A DNA stretch of 24,977 nt from Fonticula alba ATCC 38817 (Eukaryota; Protista; Nucleariida), in NCBI GenBank assembly GCA_000388065.2, contig KB932202.1, one strand, 5' to 3'. Below, one piece after another: positions 1 through 10,122 of the stretch. Below the pieces are notes generated by a model. The model was given only the letters and a program-made list of their open reading frames with translations, was not told where the DNA came from and made no database searches. The position numbers were made by a program, and so were the translations under genes. Position 1 is the first letter of the stretch; every line of letters begins with the position of its first letter.

Positions 1-49
1 CCCTTTTGCCCCCTTCCCCCCTTCCCCCCCCTGAGAAAACCCCTTGCAA

Positions 50-2098
50 ATGTCTGCCGGCAGCGGGGACCGCAGTCTGGTGAGCCTCGGGAAGGACCTG
101 CACCGGCTGTCCCGGCACCTGGACACCACCTCCCGGCCCCTGGCGCAGCGGATCAATGACCTGGCGGCCACATCACTTGCCGGGCTGGAGTCGGTGCTGC
201 ATGCGACCGACGCTGGCTCGGCCGATGCGGCCGGCTTGGCCGACGCCAGCCTGGCCGCGGCCGGTCCTCTGCGCCATGCATGTGGCGAGATGCTGACCGT
301 CTGCGAGCAGGAGCTCCACCTGCTGGACCGGGCGCTGGACTCGCTCGGGGCGCTGCTGGCCGCGCGCGAGGCCATGCCCTTGCCGCTGCTCTCGGCTGCC
401 TCGTTGGCCGGCGGAGCTGGCCCCGGATCCGGGCCCGCCCGGCGGGCAGTTGTCTTCCCACCGCCACTGTGTGGGCCCACGCCGGCGGCCTTCGGGTATG
501 TGGCCCCCTCTGGGGCCTTTGTGGCGGCGCTGGTGGCGACGCACGAAGAGGAAGAGCCGGCCGCCGTGGCGGCCACCGCCATGACAGCCGCCGCGGCACC
601 GGGCTCGCCGACTCCCGGCGGGCGCCCAGCCAACGCGGACGCGCGGACCCCGGGCACCCCGCACCATCCGCACCATCCGCAGCATCTGCACCACTCGCAC
701 GGCGGAGCCTGGACACCGGTGCACGGGAGCCACCGGCCCGCGTCGCCGGCCAGCGCCGGCACCGGCTCCGCCGTGGACCCCACCAACAAGACGTGGATTT
801 TGGCCCGGGTGTCGCGCTATGACCCGGCCGCCCGGCGGTATTCCGTTGTGGACATGGACTCGCCGGCGGGGGCCGACCCGGCCGGTGCCCTGTCCGGAGG
901 CCCTGGCGCCGGGGCCGCGTCCTCCACATATGTCGTTCCGCCGGCGTGCATCATCCCCCTGCCGACATCTCTGCCGGACCCGCGGCTGGACCTGGAGGCC
1001 GAGCGCCGCGCGGCCCCGGACGGGCTGGCCTTCCTGCCGATGGAATTCCCGGTTGGCGCCCGAGTCCTTGGTCTCTACCCGGACACCACGTGCTTCTATG
1101 CCGGGACCGTGGTCGAGCCGCCGAGCTCCCGGACCAAGGTCACCCTCTCGGATGTGGTTCCCGGCGGGGATGGCGTCCAGTCGGTTCCCAGCTACCTCAT
1201 TGAGTATGACCATGATGACCCGCCGCTGAAGGAGTGCGCCGCGCGCTATGTCATCTCCCTGCCGCCGGAGTCGGATGAGCTTCGCCCGGGGGGCGCCTCG
1301 CCGGCCAGCGGCGATTCCTCGCCCGGGCCGAAGGCCCCATCCGGCGCGTCCTCCTCCTCCTCCTCCTCTTCCTCTTCCTCTTCCTCCTCGTCGTCGTCGT
1401 CGGGATCCGGGCACACTGGCCGGGGGATGCTCTCGTCCCCGGGCCCCCCCGAGCGGACCAGCGCGCGCGGGTCCGGTCGCGGCGCCGGGCACGGCTTCCA
1501 GCTTTCGACACATGCGCCGTGGGACGGCGGGACACCAATGTGTGCCAGCCCCGGAGGGGCGGCATCTTCCAGCCAGGCACCCGGGTCAGGCTTCGGCGGT
1601 CCGGCCGGTGTCCGGGGCTCGCGCAACCGCGCGTCCTCTTCGGGTGCCATGGAGGCGGACCTTCCGCCGGCCAAGCGCGGGCACAGCGTTCCGCGCGTCA
1701 CCGGGCCCCCGCCTCCGAACCCCGGGCGCCGGTACCACCCTGACCCTGGGGTCTTCCCTGCGCCGGCCGAGTCGGCCCTGCTTGGTACGTGCAGATCCTC
1801 CGCCGGCCTGCTTGGCCGCGCCCGCCTCGCCGGACACGCTGCCATGTGCATCGATCACCTGCCCCACTTTCCCATCATGTCCCCGCGTTGCGCCTGGAAA
1901 CGACACTCACTCACACACTTGCATGCATACATATATATATACACACGCGCAGGCAAACCCTCAAGGTCGATATTGGCGGGTTCCGGCCCAGATGCATCCC
2001 ACGCCCCCGCTCTAAGCGCGGTCCCCGGGATCCCGGCCACTGGATCCGAGCCGAGCCGCGTGCGACATGGTGTTGTCCGTCGGCGGAAGGAGTTTTGA
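50..2098 (+). CDS. SGF29: SAGA-associated factor 29 (tandem Tudor H3K4me2/3 reader); probable exons 50-1784 and 1953-2098, about 626 aa
   Basis: Motifs PPPLCGPTPAAFGYVAPSGAFVAALV, WILARVSRYDPAARRYSVVDMD, LGLYPDTTCFYAGTVVEPP and ARYVISL match the SGF29 tandem Tudor domain as recalled (human PPPLCGAIPASGDYVARPGDKVAARV, WILAEV, LALYPQTTCFY). The helical N-terminus from ATG 50 aligns with the SGF29 N-terminus. A putative 168-nt in-frame intron runs GTACGT(1785)..CGCAG(1952). Confidence 0.9.
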   Translation: MSAGSGDRSLVSLGKDLHRLSRHLDTTSRPLAQRINDLAATSLAGLESVLHATDAGSADAAGLADASLAAAGPLRHACGEMLTVCEQELHLLDRALDSLGALLAAREAMPLPLLSAASLAGGAGPGSGPARRAVVFPPPLCGPTPAAFGYVAPSGAFVAALVATHEEEEPAAVAATAMTAAAAPGSPTPGGRPANADARTPGTPHHPHHPQHLHHSHGGAWTPVHGSHRPASPASAGTGSAVDPTNKTWILARVSRYDPAARRYSVVDMDSPAGADPAGALSGGPGAGAASSTYVVPPACIIPLPTSLPDPRLDLEAERRAAPDGLAFLPMEFPVGARVLGLYPDTTCFYAGTVVEPPSSRTKVTLSDVVPGGDGVQSVPSYLIEYDHDDPPLKECAARYVISLPPESDELRPGGASPASGDSSPGPKAPSGASSSSSSSSSSSSSSSSSSGSGHTGRGMLSSPGPPERTSARGSGRGAGHGFQLSTHAPWDGGTPMCASPGGAASSSQAPGSGFGGPAGVRGSRNRASSSGAMEADLPPAKRGHSVPRVTGPPPPNPGRRYHPDPGVFPAPAESALLGTCRSSAGLLGRARLAGHAAMCIDHLPHFPIMSPRCAWKRHSLTHLHAYIYIYTRAGKPSRSILAGSGPDASHAPALSAVPGIPATGSEPSRVRHGVVRRRKEF

Positions 2099-2380
2099 TC
2101 CTTGGCCCGTCCCCCCCGCCTGCCTCCAGGGCTCCTTTGCCTGCCCCCCGCCCCCCCCCCCCTCGCCCTCGCCCTCCTTCTCCATGGACAGGTGAATACA
2201 CACACACACATGCATACAAATGAAAATAGGCCCAGCAGAGGGGAGAGATTGGTCTATGGAGGGGCTCGCAGGCGCAAAGGAACACACAGGCGGCGCAAGA
2301 AAAGTGTGAATGTGCCCGTGCGCTTGAGGTGTGCGCGTGCATGCGTGTGGATGTGTGAGTGCCGATGCGTGCCTGGTGCT

Positions 2381-3433
2381 TCAGGCCGAGTTGCGCTTCC
2401 TGCTCTGCGGCAGGACCTCAATGTCATCGGACACCGTGAGCTTGCTCCGGATGCGCCACTTGCGGTCCTGCGTCAGGCAAGACTCGATGGCTAGGTAATC
2501 CACCACATGGACCACCGGCGGGGCCACCAGGCCGTCCGGCAGGATGGGCTTCCCGTCCGGACCGAGGGTCACCGGCTGCGTGGACTTCAGCACCGACTGC
2601 AGGCGCGACACACGGACAATGGCCTGGGCAAACTTGGTCCCAACCGAGTCGGGAATCTCGAGGTAGTTCAGCGACACAATCCGCGGCGGGTCCACCCGGC
2701 CACCATCGATCCAGGTGAAGTGGAACTTCTGCCCCAGCCGGGGGCCATGGTGCTGACGGATCTGCTCCTTGAGCCCGCTCAGCATGTCCGCAGTCAGGTG
2801 CTGCTCGAGGCCGGTGGTGTCGCCGCTGGCGAAGGCCCGGTTCAGGGCCACATACTGCGACTCGGTGTCCAGGGCAATTTCCCGAGCCTTGAAAGACTCG
2901 AGCTCGCCCTTGGTCTTTGCGACGCTGAGGAAGTCACATGGGGAGACAGAGAGAGAGGAGCGAGCGAGCGAGTTCAGGGGCAAGGGGAGGCGGGCAAGGC
3001 GAGCAGGAAGGTGTAAAGGAGGGAGGGGAGGAGTTAGGCCCGGGGGACCCGACAGGCAGGGGGAGAGGCGGAGGGCAGAGGAAGAGCAGAGGCAAGTGTG
3101 TGTGTGTGTGTGTGTGTGTGCGTGTGTGTGTGTCTATGAAACGCACAAGTAGGTGGTGGAAATGTACTTCCGAATGTTCTCGTAACGCTGCATGAGTCCC
3201 TTCTTGGTGTAGATGGGGCTCAGGGCGGACTTGTGCACCGGGATGCGCGGCTGGATCAGCACCGGCAAGCTGCCCTTCTTCATCAGCGTGTCGATTTGAC
3301 GCAGGGAAGAGTAAGAGCGCACACCGTCGGCCGGAGCAGCCAGGGCGGCGAGGGCCACAGGGGTGGGCCGCAAAGCGGCCGCCACCAGGACCGGACGCAC
3401 AAGGGGCGACAGGCGCAGGGCCGAGGAGATCAT
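2381..3433 (-). CDS. Mitochondrial Tim44-like domain protein (Mba1/MRPL45-like); exons 3433-3147 and 2924-2381, 276 aa
   Basis: The N-terminus (MISSALRLSPLVRPVLVAAALRP...VRSYSS) is Arg/Ala/Leu/Ser-rich and presequence-like. The intron GTGCGT(3146)..CTCAG(2925) preserves frame (TTYF|VAKTK). The core YVALNRAFASGDTTGLEQHLTADMLSGLKEQI...FAQAIVRV...VVDYLAIE...WRI fits the Tim44-like fold. Assignment to Mba1 versus MRPL45 is not resolved. Confidence 0.7.
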
Positions 3434-3668
3434 GGTGTTCTTTCGAGGGGAAGGGACAGCAAGGGACGGGGCAAGAAGCAAGACAGGAAGAGGTGGTGGA
3501 GTTTAGGCATGGCCTGGCATCGCCGGGATGCCCCTTCGCGCCGCTCGCTCTTTGCGCGATCTTGACCGCCACGCGAATTTGCCGCGATCGGGGCAAAGGG
3601 CCACGCCCGGCCTGTCCCGCCCGCCCTCTCTTCCCTCGTCTCGCCTCTCCGTGGCAGCGTACGCACGT

Positions 3669-3670
<2 letters not shown>

Positions 3671-3756
<86 letters not shown>
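3671..3756. repeat. Perfect (AC)43 microsatellite, followed by (CGCACA)5 at 3801-3830
   Basis: Read directly from the sequence. Confidence 0.97.
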
Positions 3757-3763
<7 letters not shown>

Positions 3764-4298
3764 TACGCACACACACGCATCGACACCAACAGGGCGGACG
3801 CGCACACGCACACGCACACGCACACGCACACGCCTCCACCGGCTGTGCGGAAACGTGAGCGGCCACCTCTCTGTGAGCTACCACCTGAAGCGCCTGGAGA
3901 ATCCTGGTTGAAACACCGAACCGACGCGGATTTAGGAAATGCCCCCACCGAAGGACAAGGAGCGCGCCCTGCAGTAGCCATTCGGCAAACGGCCTTCCGT
4001 TGGCATTCGAGATAGATGATCGGTCAACCGTGTATTATATGCCTGTCCAATTAGGGAAACACCGCCTGCCCCCAGCCCGCACTCCCCTGTGCTCCCCTGC
4101 TCTCAATAGACTATGCCTAGTGAGGACACACGTGTGGGAGGAGGGGGAGGGACGATGAAAGTATCAATGCACAAACAGAGAGGAGATCGCGGGAATAGAA
4201 ACGGAGAGAGAGAGAGAGGAAGGGAGAGGGAGGAGGCAAGAAAATGCCTGAATCTCCCCCCCCCCCCCCACACCCCGTTCTCGCTTCATCCATGATCA

Positions 4299-4996
4299 TC
4301 AGTTGTCGGCAGCCTTTCCGGAATGATGGAAGTCCAGCAGCCGGGCCAGGAGGTCCTGATGGTCGAAGGCCAGACGAAGACGCTCGCCCTCCGGCAGGTC
4401 GCCGATGCCACTGCCGAGAATTCGCGCGACCGGGATCCACTGGGCCTTGGCCGCGTCATCGCCAGCCACCGGGGCCTTCTCGGTCGGGCCGAGGTCAATC
4501 CCGTAGAAGAGGGTGACCGTGTGTCGACGGGGGTCGCGATCGGGAGCGCCAGCGGCCGCAAGCAGCCGCGGCTCCGCGGCGCCCGCGTCCGGTACGATGC
4601 CGCACTCCTCCTCGAGCTCGCGAAGGACGGCGCGCTGGAGACAGAGGAGGGAGCCGCGCGGCGCCCAAGGGGAGGGGCGGGGGAGGGGCGAAAAGAAGGT
4701 CACGTCAGAGGGTGGCCAAGGGAGAGATCTGGCGGCAGGTCGGCGAGCGACACCGTCTCAGCAGGAGCCAGTACCTCCGGCGCTTCGCCATAATCAAGGA
4801 ACCCGCCAGGGAAGGCCCAGCAGCCCTTGAAGGGGGGATTGGCACGCTCAATCAGCAGCACCTCCAGACGGTCAGCCGGCAAAGAGGCCGCCTCGTTCTG
4901 TCGCAGGACACCGGCATCCACAGTCAGCGAGGGGGTGCGCCACTGCTTGCAGGTGGGGCAGGGCCAGGGATGGTCGGAGTTGCATGTGGAGCTCAT
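4299..4996 (-). CDS. Nudix hydrolase (ADP-ribose pyrophosphatase-like); exons 4996-4775 and 4634-4299, 185 aa
   Basis: Splicing GTACTG(4774)..CTCCAG(4635) reconstitutes a complete Nudix box, GGFLDYGEAPE|RAVLRELEEECGI. Also present: PSLTVDA, LLIERANPPFKGCWAFPGG, PDRDPRRHTV, AGDDAAKAQW and LAFDH. The ATG at 4996 is in GCCGTC-ATG context. Confidence 0.9.
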
Positions 4997-5095
4997 GACG
5001 GCCAGGGGGGCAAGGGAGGGGCGGCGGGAGGAACGAAGGGCGGGGAGGGATCGAGACAGCCAGGTGCCTCGTGTAAGTAGCATCAGAGGGTGCAA

Positions 5096-5097
<2 letters not shown>

Positions 5098-5140
<43 letters not shown>

Positions 5141-5258
5141 NNNNNNNNNNNNNNNNNNNNNNNNNNNNNNNNNNNNNNNNNNNNNNNNNNNNNNNNNNNN
5201 NNNNNNNNNNNNNNNNNNNNNNNNNNNNNNNNNNNNNNNNNNNNNNNNNNNNNNGGGG
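5098..5258. other. Assembly gap (N 5141-5254) flanked by a long poly-G run
   Basis: 114 Ns preceded by at least 40 G. Confidence 0.99.
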
Positions 5259-5844
5259 ACATGCAACGGCCGGCACAAGTAGCCACATTATGGTGCCTTC
5301 TGCAGAGTGCCCGGGCGGCCGGCTGGCCGACCATCCAGCTGACGCGGGCCATTTTCCATCAAGGGGGGGGGGGGGGACGGGCGAAGGAACATCGACCGAG
5401 ATCTCGGCCCCCAAAGAAAGCGGCGATCATGTGACCGTCCATGACCGATCTCCATTCTGTCGCGGGCGCTGGGCCTTGAAAAAAACACAGGCTCGCGACG
5501 TGTGAGCATTCCCCCCCCCCCCCCGGGAGATGGGAGGGCGCGGAGGCGTGAACGTGGAGAAAGCCACCGGAAGAAGAGGGGCAAACATGCTGGGGAATAA
5601 AGTACATTGGGGTTGTTTGATCGGGAGAAGATACACAATCGAGGCATCGGCCGGCGGACGTATCTTCTCTCTTCCCCTCCCCCACTCTCCCCCTCAAGAA
5701 GGAGAGATATGAAGAGAGAGGAGGAAGGAGAGCAGCGCCACTGAAGGGACATCATGTGCGAAGAAGAGACGAAGGGTGGTGGGGGGGGGGTCGGGAGAAG
5801 AAGGGCAGCACACCAGGCGCGCGCATTCAGGCGCCCCTACACCT

Positions 5845-6986
5845 TCAGACCATGACGGCGGCGGCGTCGGTCGAGGCCGAGCCCGAGGAGGAGGCCGACT
5901 CGTTCTCCTCCTCGATGATGGTGACGATGGCGTCGATGTCGGCAGAAGAGAGCATCTGCCCGAGAGGGGTGTGGCGAACGGCGAGGGTCAGGAAAAGGCA
6001 GGGGACCGGGGGCATCGGCAGAAGTGGGCCACTTGACAGGCAGCAAAACGCACATCGACGCCATCCTTGCCGGTGATGACGGCCACCTCAATGTTACGGG
6101 GCCCGGACTGGACAACCTCCATGAGAGCGCGCACGGCGAGCACGGTGGCCGCGTGGCGGTCCATCGTATCCTGGTAGCGCTTCTCCAGGAACTCGACCAC
6201 GGTGTTGGCGTTGCGGCCGATGGCGTTGGCCTTCCAAGAGTGGTAGATACCGGAGGGCTCGGTCTGGTAGAGGCGGGGCGGGCCGTCCGGGCGGTCGAAG
6301 CCGACAATCAGGGCCGACAGGCCGAAGGGCCGCGCGCCACCGCGCTGGGTGTAGCGCTGTGACGGGCCAGGCGAAGGGGGCATGAGTCACGCATGGCCGA
6401 CAAAAGGGCAGGGGGCAGGGGGCAGGGGACAGGGGGGGCGGGGGGGCGGATGGGCGACCGGGGCACGCCAGATACGCACCTGCTGGATGCCAGCAATGTG
6501 GCGAGAAATGTACTCCACGGACACACGGTCCTCCACCTGGAGGCGGTGGCTCTGGCACTCGACGCGGGCCATGTCGGCCAGGACACGCGCATCAGCGGCG
6601 AGACCTGTGAGCGAGGCGGGGCGAGTGACAAAAGCCGATGGGCGTGAGTCAGGACACCGGAAAGGGAAGGTATGCGGGGACCGATGCAGAGGCAGGCGTG
6701 AAGGGCACACAGAGGGGGAGAGAGAGAGAGAGAGAGGCGAGGGGCAGGGAAGAGACGCACCAGCGAAAACCATGACAATGTGCTCATCCAGACGGAGGAT
6801 CTTGCGAACGGTGCGCGGGTCCTGCAGGCGAGGGACGGCCTTACGCTCGGAGGCCAGGACAACGCAGTCCGTCCCGCGGACGGCCACGGCGGCAACACCG
6901 CGGCGGACGGCCTCCTGGGCGTAGTCCACCTGGAACAGGTGCCCGTCAGGCGAGAAGACGGTCAGGGCGCGATCGTAGCCGGACAT
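5845..6986 (-). CDS. PSMA7: 20S proteasome subunit alpha-4 (PSMA7/Pre6); exons 6986-6761, 6604-6480, 6356-6054, 5955-5845; 254 aa
   Basis: [30 protein letters not shown] is the alpha-subunit N-terminal signature of the alpha-4 type. Also [35 protein letters not shown] and [14 protein letters not shown]. Three GTGCGT..CAG introns keep the frame. Confidence 0.95.
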
Positions 6987-7536
6987 GGTGATGCGTGTGC
7001 GGCGAGGCCTGCGGTCGGGGGGGGGGGGGGGGAGGAGAGATGAATGGTGAGTTTTGGCCACTGGGTCGGGCAGCCGCACAAGGGGGATGACGTCGGGCAG
7101 GGATGGTAGACACGCACTGGAAGGGGGGCCGGGGCGTGAGGCGTGGGGGGGGGGCGAAAGGGAAGGGGGGGAGGAGAGGGAAAGAGGCGAGGGGAGGGGA
7201 GACAGAGGCGCTTTCCTCCTCACTCCGGGCGTCACCGTCGGCGTGGGCGCCGAAGAATGGCCTATTGCGTCGACAAGGGTCGCCTCCTGGACGACCTGGG
7301 AGGTCTCCCCAGCCGGGCCCGTCCCGGCTCTCTAGAAAACCGCTGCCCCTGCCCTGGTGGGGGGCGGGCGGACAATATGTCGCACTGCCCGAGTCGAGGG
7401 TGTGTCATTGTGCCAACGGCCAGCGGGGCCAGCATGCCGAGGGGAGGGGGCGGGTGTGACAGCCACACGTCGACCGCCCCCCCCCCCCCCCCCCCCCCCA
7501 CCCCCCGGCCCCGGCCCACCCCCCTCCCCCCCGGCC

Positions 7537-7566
7537 ATTGGTTTCGCGAGCGCGCGCGCGCGCGCA
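7537..7566. promoter_or_regulatory. Candidate element cluster between divergent genes: ATTGG (reverse CCAAT), TTTCGCG and a (GC)8 tract
   Basis: The motifs are seen in the region between the PSMA7 start (6986, -) and the zinc-finger gene start (8009, +). Function is inferred only. Confidence 0.3.
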
Positions 7567-8008
7567 CCGGAGAGCCTGCGTGTCTTGGAGCCTTGCAGGG
7601 TGGGCCTCTTCAGTCTCGATGGACACGCCCGGGGGAGGGGGGCCGGGAGCGCGGGCCACTAGATTTGGAACCATCTCGGCGCGGGGCCCGGGCGAGATGC
7701 GTGGTCATGTGGCACGTGTGTGTGATGCGCCGGCACATGACCCGGGGCCTTTTTGGCCCGGCGTCGCACAGTGACCCGGGTCCTGGCAGGCCGCGCCATG
7801 GCCGCCTCGTCGAACTTTCCTCCACCCCGCCCCCTCCCCCCTCCTTTGCCTCTCGCGTCTCCCTGCCCCGCCTCCCCCCTCCATTCCTCTTCTCCTTGCT
7901 CCTCCTCCAGATTGCGCCATACTCGGGCTTTGATCGCCCCCCTTTCTACGACGCCCCTTCCCCCCCCCCCTCTCTCTCGCGAGCGAGCGAGTGCGCGCAC
8001 CCGCCCGA

Positions 8009-9820
8009 ATGGGATCGCCCAACAAGGAGGCCATCGAGGGGCCCCTCAAACAAGTAGCCACGGGGAGATCCGCCGATCAGGCGGCCTCGGACGAGTCCGT
8101 CCATGAGGCGACCAAGCAGGCCGCCCCCGAGGACTCCCCCGGGGCATCTTCCAAGCGGCCCACTGGGAAGCCCCTCGAGGGGTCCACCGAGGAGCCCACC
8201 AGGCCGACAGCCGCCAAGGAGCCCGCCAAGCAGCCCGCCAAACGCTCCGGCCTGAAAATGCCGGCTCCCAAGCGCCGGCGGGCAGATGCCGATCCCCCCG
8301 ATGGCGCGGCCCCGGACGGGACCCCCCTCATCCCGGCAGACCTCCCGGTCATGCCCTTCGACTTGGCTGCCGGCGTGGATCCGCAGTTTAGATTCCTGCT
8401 CTTCGGGCCACCTCCAAGCCCAGGCGACACGGCTTCGCCAGCTCCACATGGGGGGGCATGGCGCTCCCCGCTCTTGACCGAGGCCGAGGCCGACTTTCTC
8501 TTCCGGCTGCGATCGCGCACGCCCAGCGACTCGGCGCATGCCGTCGGATCGGGCTTCGTCGCGGCCGAGCAGTTCCCCGGCACCGCGGCCATCGGCCTGG
8601 GCCACACGCGCCCGGTGGTTGCCAGCAGCCAAGTGGGCACATTCGGCGTGCCGGAGGCCAGCCAGCCCGCCGTGGACCCTGTCCCGGCTGCTGACGCTGC
8701 GCCGATCGGTGCACCTGCCTCGGCCGGCTCGACGATCCCGGCACCCGGCCAGGAGAGTGAGAGCACGGTCGACTCGGTCCGGCACCTGGTCCAGCCCGGG
8801 CCCGTGCCTCCGGGCTTGCTGGTGGATGGGGTGCCCGCCGGTGGGATCATTGATTCGGCGGATTTCGATTGGTGGCGCCTACAGGCGGCCATCATCGATG
8901 ACCGATCTACCGGGGCCTCCGACTCGCACCTGGGCCACAGCCTCCAGCGCCTGGGGGTACAGCTGGGCATGGGGCCCGGGCGGGGCACAACCGGCGAGGG
9001 CGACCGGTCGCCGACGCTCTCGAGCGTGACGTCTTCGCCGGCGCTGCCACCGAGTGACGCGGCCAGGGACTCCGCCTCTGCCACGGGCGCAGGCTTGGCG
9101 GCGAGTCCCGACATCGACACCGGCACCGGCACCGGCACTGACACCGGCCCGGCTCCTCTTCATAATGCCAACCCGCAGTCGGCCCCAGGTGCCGAGCCGA
9201 TGATCGATGTCGACGCGCAAATCAGCGCCGTCACTCGCTCGCAGGTAAAGCGCCTGCTGTTGCGGGATTTGAAGGCCCGTCGAATGCTTGCCCGCGATGC
9301 GGCCCTTTGGCACCTTTACGGACGAACAGCCGCCTGGCTCGACGCCGCCACAAAGCCCGGGCCTTCCGCCTTTGGAGCCGACACCGCGGCAGTGGCGGCC
9401 CCACCGCCGGACCCCGCCCAAGAACCGGCCCCCCAGGCCACGGAGGAGCCAGCGGCTCCCCATCGTGAACCGGTCCTGCTGTGCGCGCCGCGGCCCGATC
9501 CAACCCGCCGCCATGGTCGAGCTGGACCGGCGGCTCGGGCAGTTGTGCCGCCCCCGGCTCCTGGAGTTGACACGGTGGCTCGCTGCTCGGCCGATCGTGG
9601 CTGCTTGCTCCTTGCATTGCCACTCTTTCGTCGGTGTGCCTTCCATTTGGTTTCCTCCCCATCCAACCCGTCAGACCCTGACGCCGTAGCGCCCAATTTC
9701 TTGGAGCCCTGTGGCCATCCCATCGCCGGGGAAAGTTGTCGGGCACCGGTGGTTCGTGGGACCGACCCGGCGATCAAAGCCCGCTGCCCGCTTCACATAC
9801 TCCCCGCGCCAGGGCAATAA
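8009..9820 (+). CDS. Low-complexity protein with a C-terminal C3HC3H zinc finger (zf-C3Hc3H; KANSL2/INO80D-like), about 603 aa; 5' end uncertain
   Basis: A single long ORF. Positions 9584-9796 encode C-x5-C-x10-C-x2-H-x21-C-x8-C-x15-C-x2-H (CLLLALPLFRRCAFH...CRAPV...CPLH), resembling the KANSL2 C-terminal finger as recalled (CSNQSLPMTRHCLTH...CNKPV...CPLH). A preceding helix (VTRSQVKRLLLRDLKARRMLARDAALWHL) is also present. The stop TAA overlaps an AATAAA. Confidence 0.6.
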   Translation: MGSPNKEAIEGPLKQVATGRSADQAASDESVHEATKQAAPEDSPGASSKRPTGKPLEGSTEEPTRPTAAKEPAKQPAKRSGLKMPAPKRRRADADPPDGAAPDGTPLIPADLPVMPFDLAAGVDPQFRFLLFGPPPSPGDTASPAPHGGAWRSPLLTEAEADFLFRLRSRTPSDSAHAVGSGFVAAEQFPGTAAIGLGHTRPVVASSQVGTFGVPEASQPAVDPVPAADAAPIGAPASAGSTIPAPGQESESTVDSVRHLVQPGPVPPGLLVDGVPAGGIIDSADFDWWRLQAAIIDDRSTGASDSHLGHSLQRLGVQLGMGPGRGTTGEGDRSPTLSSVTSSPALPPSDAARDSASATGAGLAASPDIDTGTGTGTDTGPAPLHNANPQSAPGAEPMIDVDAQISAVTRSQVKRLLLRDLKARRMLARDAALWHLYGRTAAWLDAATKPGPSAFGADTAAVAAPPPDPAQEPAPQATEEPAAPHREPVLLCAPRPDPTRRHGRAGPAARAVVPPPAPGVDTVARCSADRGCLLLALPLFRRCAFHLVSSPSNPSDPDAVAPNFLEPCGHPIAGESCRAPVVRGTDPAIKARCPLHILPAPGQ

Positions 9821-10122
9821 AGTCCCCCCACAGACACACCCACCCACACACACCCGGAACCATGCGCCCGCGTGTGTGCACGGGTACGCACGAATAGATG
9901 GGGGGGGGGGGGAGGAACCGTACATAGGCATGTGCCTCAAAGTGCACAGGCGCGCGGGACAAGGACACTGCGGACAGGGTGCTCTATTGGGGAGTACCCT
10001 CATTTGACTTTCGGGAACCGGGGCGAAGCCGACAACAAGTGACAAGCAGGGCGGCCGACTCGACAGGGCGGGAGAGGGGGGTGGGGGGACTTTTCGACGG
10101 ACCCCCCATCATTTCGGGGCCC

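Noticed and set aside
153-1851. Multiple long overlapping alternative-frame ORFs over SGF29 (similar ones over 8000-9800)
   Set aside because: Arg/Gly/Pro-rich products typical of off-frame GC-rich sequence, with no motifs.
3516-3532. Perfect hairpin GGCATC-GCCGG-GATGCC upstream of the Mba1-like gene
   Set aside because: A 6-bp stem is expected by chance in GC-rich DNA, and no ncRNA motifs are nearby.
3430-3981. Several ORFs with poly-(CV), poly-(HT) or poly-(RV) runs
   Set aside because: Translations of the (AC)n microsatellite, not Cys- or His-rich proteins.
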